A stretch of DNA of 64,000 nucleotides from the human T2T-CHM13v2.0 reference genome, Homo sapiens. Under the pieces are notes generated by a model. It did no database searches and was not told the origin of the DNA. It worked only from the letters and a program-made list of their open reading frames with translations. The stretch lies in assembly GCF_009914755.1 (NCBI RefSeq), contig NC_060933.1. The stretch is one strand, 5' to 3'. Position numbers and translations under genes: made by a program. Positions 56,098 through 64,000 of this stretch are shown one piece after another (position 1 is the stretch's first letter; each line of letters opens with the position of its first letter).

Positions 56098-58083
56098 GTC
56101 TATTTCTTTAAAACAAAGGGAGGGGAGTCTCTCATTTACATTAGTTTTTTTCATAGCCTTTTGGACTTTGCAATTTCTATGTTTTGGAACCTATTTCTTA
56201 CAGTTTTTCTATGCTAAACTCTGTCCTGGTCAGTTCCAGAGTGTATGAAGAACCAAATCATGTAATTGTATGTGACCTGGCTGTAGTGGAACAAATTTGA
56301 CTCTTAAGTATGCAGGCTCTAATTTTCCTGCCTGGTTTTGGTAAGTATTCCTTACATAGGTTTTTTTCTTTGAAAATCTGGGATTGAGAGGTTGATGAAT
56401 GAAAATTAATCCTTTCACTTTGTTGTATATAGGTTTGCAATAATTAGGTCAGAGTGGAGTTTTAAGGTCATGAAAGTGGCTGATGACTTACAAATAATGG
56501 GCTCTATTGGGCAACTACTCATCTGAGTTCCTTCCATTTGACCTAATTAAGCTTGTGAAATTTACACTAAGCCATGAGCTCATCTTTAAAAAGTTTTATT
56601 AAAAGATTTTTCAGCTGTTCCAAATGGGACTTATTAGTGGAGTGTGTTTTAAAGGATCATATCAGATGAATGAAAGGCATTTGATCCTTTCTTTCCTTAA
56701 TAATAAAATGATGGTTTGGAAAAATAGGCTACAGTCTAACCACAGTGCTATTATTAGGCTTTCTTGTTAAACATAGGTCTAAGCCTAAGTATGTCAATAC
56801 AACAAGTACTTACTGTTTCATTTCTAGTAATAAAAAAAAAAGTCTTTCTGGCATAAGGATGTTTTTAATCTGGTTATTTTGAAACATTTTTGTAAAATAA
56901 ATTTACGTCTATAAAGAACATTTTTATTTGTAAGGAGGGGTATGTCTCTGTGCACTGGAAGAGAGGGAGGACTAAATCACTGGGAAGTCTTATGATAAAG
57001 AAGCCATTGGCTTAAATCAGCAAAGCAAGCCATCCCTTGGTTTAAGGTGTTTTTCCTGGCCATCCTGTCTTGACTAGAACTTTACCTACACCTTCCTTTT
57101 TGGTTTAGGCAAATTATAGTATCTAAACCTGAAGTCTCAGCTCTGTGTCTTTGAGATATAAATGTTCTACCATGTCTTCTCTGGAAACTGATAACTATCT
57201 ATCTCTTTAAAATGCAAGTCTAGGGAGATGACTCATCAGAAAAAGAAGAAAAAAGAGGTATTTGGAAATTGTGCAAATTAAAGCAGCCCCTGATGCCAAA
57301 GTCTACACATTCCTGAGTGAGTCAGTTCTGGCCAGTTCTAGCTGGGTCAAGAGAGCTCTGCTGGGCAGGCCTGAAGAGCAGCTGGATGGCAGACACCTGA
57401 GGAGCCAGGTGCCTGAAACTTCCTCCACCTGCTTGAGGAACACCAAAGCCCAGGTGTTGGCTGGACAACCCCTTCTGGCTGCCTAAGCCGGTGGCAGAGG
57501 AAGGAAAAAAGGTCAGAGGCAGAGTGTTGAACCCTGCCTCCCAGGTGGGTGGAAGATGCCTGTTGCCAAACTAGGGCCCAGCTTGCCGGGTGAGATGGGT
57601 GAACTGGTGATCCCCCGAGAGAGTGGACGTCAGAACTACATGGTCCCGGACTTCACCTCGGCCAGTGAAGGAGAGAGAGGGTTAATGTTAACTGCAGGAG
57701 GCCCACTCTAGCCTTAAATTCTGTAATTCAAACCCTTCCCTTGGAGACAAAACAAACATAACAAGGAATTCTGAGGTCAGGGGACAAGAATCACAAGTTC
57801 CCTAGTGGGAGACTGAGGAGGCAGTGTCCTTTCTGCCCTTGGTCTACTGGCTAAGAACCTTCCTCAGCCTGACCTTTCCACATTGCACTTTCAGCTCTGT
57901 TTGCAATTTTCCTCCTTTAGTGCTGAGGGAATCCCAGTGTTCGATCCTGAAATCTATACGTTCCTAATGGGTGGTTAAAAAAAGCCTCAGCAAGAGAAGC
58001 AGAAAATGTTTCCTCTTCCTGAAAAACTGTAGAAAGGCAGGCACCATTCTGGGTGGGACATGGTCCTTGCAAAAGTCTTTATG

Positions 58084-58395
58084 TTTTTTTTTTGTTTTTT
58101 TTTTTTATTGTGAGATGAAGTTTTGCTCTTGTTGCCCAGACTGGAGTGCAGTGGTGTGATCTCTGCTCACTGCAAGCTCTGCCTCCTGGGTTCAAGAAAT
58201 TCTCCTACCTCAGCCTCCTGAGTAGCTGGAATTACAGGCACCTGCCACCATACCTGGCTAATTTTTTGTATTTTTAGTAGAGATGGAGTTTTGCCATGTT
58301 GGCCATGTTGGTCTCGAACTCCTGACCTCAAGTGAGCCACCCGCTTCTGCCTCCCAAAGTACTGGGATTACAGGCGTGAGTCACTGTGCCCGGCC
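58084..58395 (-). mobile_element. Alu (AluSp/Sq/Sx-like)
   Basis: Full reverse body ending cccggcc. Confidence 0.95.
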
Positions 58396-59009
58396 AAGAT
58401 TCTGTTTTGATAGAACACTTGTGTCTCTCTCACCTTGTATTTAGAAAAGTTAGAAAGTAAAGGATAACGTATATAGAAAGCTTTTTGAAGACTCTTAAGA
58501 AGTTCATAAATATGGGGCACTATGACTATGCATATGAAAATATTTCCTATCAGTTGGCAGTTACCACCTCTTATAGTGGCATGGAACCTCTTGAGTTAAA
58601 CCAAGGCTCAGTGAGATTTGGTGATTTAGGTAGTGTCATTTTATGAACAAGGGGGACCCTACTCAGGTCTTTTATTTTATTATACTTCTCTTTGACATTC
58701 ACTCCAGTTAAAGAACTCTTTCAAAAGACCTCATGCCTGGTCTCACGGAGATTCAAAGGTGTTTGAGTCCTTCCTTATTATGCCCTTGGAAGATGCTTTG
58801 AGGACCCCAGTGATGAATCCCAAGAACTCTGTCTCCATTATCCCTGGTATAGGGCACCTCATCACTCTGGTGTTATCCCTGAAGGGCCTTCATAATAATG
58901 TGCTTAAAGAGTCCCCTATTATGTCCTTCAGGATGGAGCTTGACTTGCCCAAATTGCTATGTACATGTTAAAGAGAGGCTGGAACTGAAGTTGGTCATTT
59001 CTCACTGGA

Positions 59010-60320
59010 TCAGTCAACAAGATTTGAGTACTTTCTGTGTGCTCTGCATCATTCTGAGTACTCTGGGGGACAGAATAAGGCATGGCTCCTGCCTTCAAGG
59101 AGTATGGAATTTAATAGAAGATGACAACATACATGATTGTAAATCTATCTACATGAGAGTGCCTAATTGTGAGATTCCTAATAAATGGCAAGATATGTTC
59201 TGAAAATGTGAAACATAAATGAGGTTGAAGAAATTGTGAAAAGTTTAGCAGAGGAGGAATAATTCGTCAGGTTCTTTAAATACAAGTAAAGGGGAAAGGA
59301 AGGACCATTTTTAAGTTTAGATATTCCAAGCGTTAGTGGTGAGGTTGATTATGGTATGTCTTCTCGTTGATGAGGGATGAGACTGGTGAATAGTGGAAAA
59401 TAAAGTTAAATAGCTAGGGTGGGGCCAAATTATGGGTTTTAATAAAAGCCAGGCATAGAAATTTAGATTGGGGTGGTAGAAAAAGGAAGGCTTTAAAAGT
59501 TTTTGAGCCAATGCATGACATCATACAAGTTCTATATAAAGAGCAGTGATTTCAGGATGGGAGGGAATGGCATCAGGAAGACCCACTTGAGTGCTGGTAA
59601 GTAATGTTACTAACAGTGCCATTAGTAACATTAATGTTACTAGGGCCTGGACTGATATGCTGATGGAAGTGAGAATGAAGAATAAGGTGGGATGAAAGAG
59701 ATTTTGACAAGAGTTTTTTAATAAACCTGAAACGGGAAAGGGCGAGATTAACTAAGCCTGTTTGCCATGGATAGCAATGGGGTTGCTAGAAGATTAGCTC
59801 TGCGGAAAAATTATGCATTTACCTTTGGGCATAATAAAATGCAATTGACTCTCCATATTCATGGGTTCTGCATCCACAGATTCAAACAACTGTGGAACAA
59901 AATTGTCAGAAAAAATAATACAATGATAAAAAATGATACAAATAAAAAACAACATGGTATACCAACTATTTACATAGCATTTACATCGTATTAATTGTTA
60001 TTAAGTAATCTAGAGATGATTTTAAGTATATAGGAGGATGTGTGTAGGTTATATGCAAATACTACACTATTTTATACCAGTAACTTGAGCATCCATGGAC
60101 TTTGGTATACAAGGGGGATCCTGGAACCAATTCCCCATGCATATCAAAGGATGACTGTATGAGTTATCTGTAAAATGGTTTGGTTGAAATGTTTAGAAAA
60201 CAGCTAGAAATACAAGACTGGCTGTTGGATGAAAAAAACATAGGACTAGGAAATTCAGGTATGCTAGTCTTTTTGAGTATTGCTTAAAGCCATGGGAAAA
60301 GAGCTCTCTGTGAGTTCCAA
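59010..60320 (-). mobile_element. L2 fragment, interrupted by MER2
   Basis: caacaagatttgagtactttctgtgtgc...cctgccttcaaggag resembles the reverse L2 3' end; L2-like sequence resumes after 60160. Confidence 0.6.
59842..60157 (-). mobile_element. MER2 (TcMar-Tigger) DNA transposon
   Basis: aagtaatctagagatgattt...ggttatatgcaaatactac...cttgagcatccatgga...cctggaaccaattcccc...gatgactg|ta; degenerate terminal inverted repeats. Confidence 0.88.
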
Positions 60321-62621
60321 GACAGATGCAAGGACTGGCATTCATGCACAGCTTCTAACAGATAAATCTGAAGACTTCTTAGTATGCATGTTGACTGAAA
60401 TTACTTTAGAAGTAATTTTTCTCCTGGTGATAAAAGGCATGTAAGGCTATTTTAGGAAATTGAAAAATGCAAAAAGGTATAAAGAAAAGGAAAAGATAAT
60501 CATTAATAGTACGTTAGTAAACAACATTTGACTAAAGATATGACTTTCCTCCCGCTTGTTTTCTTATGCATATAAACGGATAGGAAATATGTATGTATGT
60601 GTGTGTGTGTATAGGATCATGCACTATATATAGCTTGCTTCTTTTTCCATTATGATAATTTTCCCATGTCATGAATTACGGCTTGCAAGTGCTTATTCTT
60701 AAAGGGCTGCATTATTTTTCATTATTTGGATTTATTGTTATTTAATTGGAGCTCTATTATTGAACATTTAGATTGCTTCCAAAATTTTTTGCTCTTGTTA
60801 ATATATTGTAATAAACTTCTGTGAAACACATACTCTTCACCTGCTACTTACATATGACTTCTGTAAGCAGAGACCTCTGTATCCCCAGGACCTAGAAGGT
60901 TACCCAGACATAGTAGTTGCTTAATTAAAAAAAATTATTGATTGAATGAAAGAAGACTATTAAATGTTCAGTTCTTCTTTTTTTATTCTGATTCCCTGTG
61001 TATCCAGGGGCCTCTTATTTGGCTGCATGTATGAGTTTGGCTGTAATGAAAGTATTGGCCGTATATGACCATAAACAGGCATTCCTATTTCTGTCACAGT
61101 TACATTTGTCATTCTGTATTAATACATCTATATCCTGATTTCTATTGAAGCATGGTTAATTTTGTTTGCTTCTAAGCAATGTAGCTACCCTGTTGATGCT
61201 GATAAAAATAAATTTCTGAACCTATAAGACTGAGGATTGGGCCTAGGTTGTAGTAAATTGGCAAGATAATGGATGCTACCCTGTCAAGAGTCCTCTGAAG
61301 AGAAAAGTCTGCCACCCTTCACCAGGTAGAAACTCCAGGCAGTGCCACATTTTCCAGTTTGACGCCCTGTGATACCCTGAAAAGACAGATGTTTGACTCT
61401 TTTCAAATAACATTTTAACATATTTTAAGACGCAAAGGCATTGTGTCGGACTTTTTTCTTAAGAATATATTTCATTACCACTCAGAAGTTAGCTTCCAAA
61501 AGAAATGTGTGTGCAAAGGTTTATGATAGTGGTGTAGAGAAGTTTTTAAAATAAATGTGCATCTTTTATGGTAATAAAAGCACATTACGAAGAATTTTTT
61601 AGGTCCAGTTCACAGATTCCTTGTGCCTGGGGAAAACTTTATTAGAAAATTAGATAATTTCTTATTTGATTAGGGGAAGTCTAATGGGAAAAATTTTAAC
61701 TGAGTGGTCCAATTTGAAACATGAATATCTGTGCTGGAAGCTTCTATTGAACTTTACTTAAGTCACATCTAAGACCCTCTGCCTGTCAGTCCACCATTAC
61801 CCTAACTGTGGTAGAAATTCTTTATATGACACCTAGATCTTTTTTTGTTGCACTTTTAAGCTGTGTAGGAAACACACTGCCCACGTGTTCATACAACACA
61901 GAGTGATTATCCACTTAGTTCCTAAAAAGTTGTATTTGGTTATGGGGTTTGATCCCACTTGTCCAGGGTTTAGGTCAGCTACTGAAGATTAGGATATCTG
62001 GGTACCTCTTACTGGAGAATCCATTCCTGTTTTCATTTCATTCCTGGGGGCAATATTCAATCTGGTGTGGCCCTCTGTATTATAAAATGTTTCCCAGATT
62101 GTGTTTATCTGAAATACAAATCCAAGAAGAAGCATGGTGTTAATTGCCGTGTAAAAAAGATTCCAGAGTCAAGAGCTTGAGAAGTTCTATTCCTTCCTTC
62201 ATAGGTTCAGTTGTTTAACCCAGCATTTTTCAAACATATTTTACTCCTAGAACCTGTTTTTCCTCAGACATATTTAAGAAAAAAGCGTTTTGTAGAACAC
62301 ATTTGGACAAATGATACTTTATATCATTGCTTTGTTTTTTAAATTTTAGTTTGACTCAATTTTACAGTTTCAGGATTTTGTTTCTGTTTCAGGTTTTAAG
62401 CTTTTCTTTTATAAATAGTTACTTTCCTAGTCTGAAATGTATACATTGTTTCAGTAATGAATTCATTATGTAAATTTGCCCATCATTCATCTAAAGGGAA
62501 TAAACATTAAATTGTTTTTTTAAATTTTGACTTGTGTCACATATGAGAATATAAAGTATATCTGTACAATAAAGGAAAATGAAACATCAAAGTATCTACC
62601 TCAGGTTAAGAAGCAGAACTT

Positions 62622-62852
62622 GGCCGGGCATGGTGGCTCACACCTGTAATCCCAGCACTTTGGGAGGCAGAAGTGGGAAGATCACTTGAAGCCAGGAGTT
62701 GGAGACCAGCTTGTTCAATAAAGGAAGACCTTATCTCTAACAACAACCACAACAGCAAAAAATTAGCCAGGCACGGTGACACATGCTTATAGTCCCAGCT
62801 ACTGGTGCAGCCTCGAACTCCTGGTCTCAAGCCGTCTTCCCACCTCAGCCTC
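62622..62852 (+). mobile_element. AluJ, 3'-truncated with inverted terminal 49 bp
   Basis: Forward Alu to 62803; 62804-62852 is the reverse complement of the next Alu segment. Confidence 0.88.
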
Positions 62853-63270
62853 ATGTTGTAGTGAACTTTGTTATGCAGTGTCTCCTATTCTACATGTGCA
62901 GGAGTATTTTTACAGTATGTACCTGGAGTGGAATTGCTTGGTCATTGGGCACGTGTGTGTTCAGCTCTATTGAGTGGCATCATACTGTTCTCCAAAGCAG
63001 TTGTACCAATCTACACCCTCACCAGCAGTGAATAGTCTTCCCATTGTTCTTCCTCAATGAAACTAGATATTCACAGCCTTTTAGGTTTTTCCTAGAGTAT
63101 GAAGTGGTATCTCTTTGGGGTTTTAATGTTTATTTCCCTGATTAGAATTGTAGTTGAGCATCTTTTATTATGTTTATGGGCCATTTATGTTTTCTCTTCT
63201 GTGAAATTCCTATTCGGGTTTTTTGCTCATTTTAAATGTTGTTGTTTGTGTTTTTCTTATATAGGAATTC
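62853..63270 (-). mobile_element. Ancient L1M(E) fragment
   Basis: ggagtggaattgcttggtca...ccaaagcagttgtaccaatctacaccctcaccagcag...gttgagcatctttt. Confidence 0.7.
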
Positions 63271-63467
63271 TTCACGCATTCAAGATGCACGTATGTTGTT
63301 CAGAATAGTACCTGAGACATAGAAACAACTTTGTAAGAATAGCTATCATTACATTACCATTGTATTTAATCCTTTGTTTTTATGTGTTACAATTATCTTC
63401 TGCTAATTTGTGGCTTATTTTTCATTCTGTGATGCTAATTTTTTAACCTAGTATTCTATTATTTTAA

Positions 63468-63975
<508 letters not shown>

Positions 63976-64000
63976 TAGATGCATTTGTCTCTCCAAATGC

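Overview
Primate (human-like) pericentromeric DNA with no intact protein-coding gene, RNA gene or CRISPR array. From left to right: (1) 1-11912 is alpha satellite in three distinct layers, the last a short A/B-box dimer block with CENP-B boxes. (2) 11913-30475 is repeat-rich duplicated sequence (Alu, L1, L2, LTR, MER) carrying an unprocessed BMS1 pseudogene fragment with 8 exons on the minus strand. (3) About 30476-31630 is an internal TAR1/subtelomere-like CpG island with an expanded GCC-rich VNTR, flanked by outward-facing splice donors. (4) 31630-34650 holds G-rich diverged repeats split by an L1. (5) 34650-40530 is a CAGGG/CCCTG repeat tract with an internal polarity flip. (6) 41500-48880 is a GAAAT/GAGAT/GAT satellite with a ~850-bp higher-order unit. 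(7) 48880-64000 is AT-rich, transposon-rich sequence. I cannot demonstrate a new biological system. The best testable hypothesis is a relocated subtelomeric CpG promoter driving a chimeric spliced BMS1-pseudogene transcript that retains a 241-codon ORF. Repeat subfamily names and BMS1 comparisons come from memory of consensus sequences, not from searches; the chromosome cannot be assigned.
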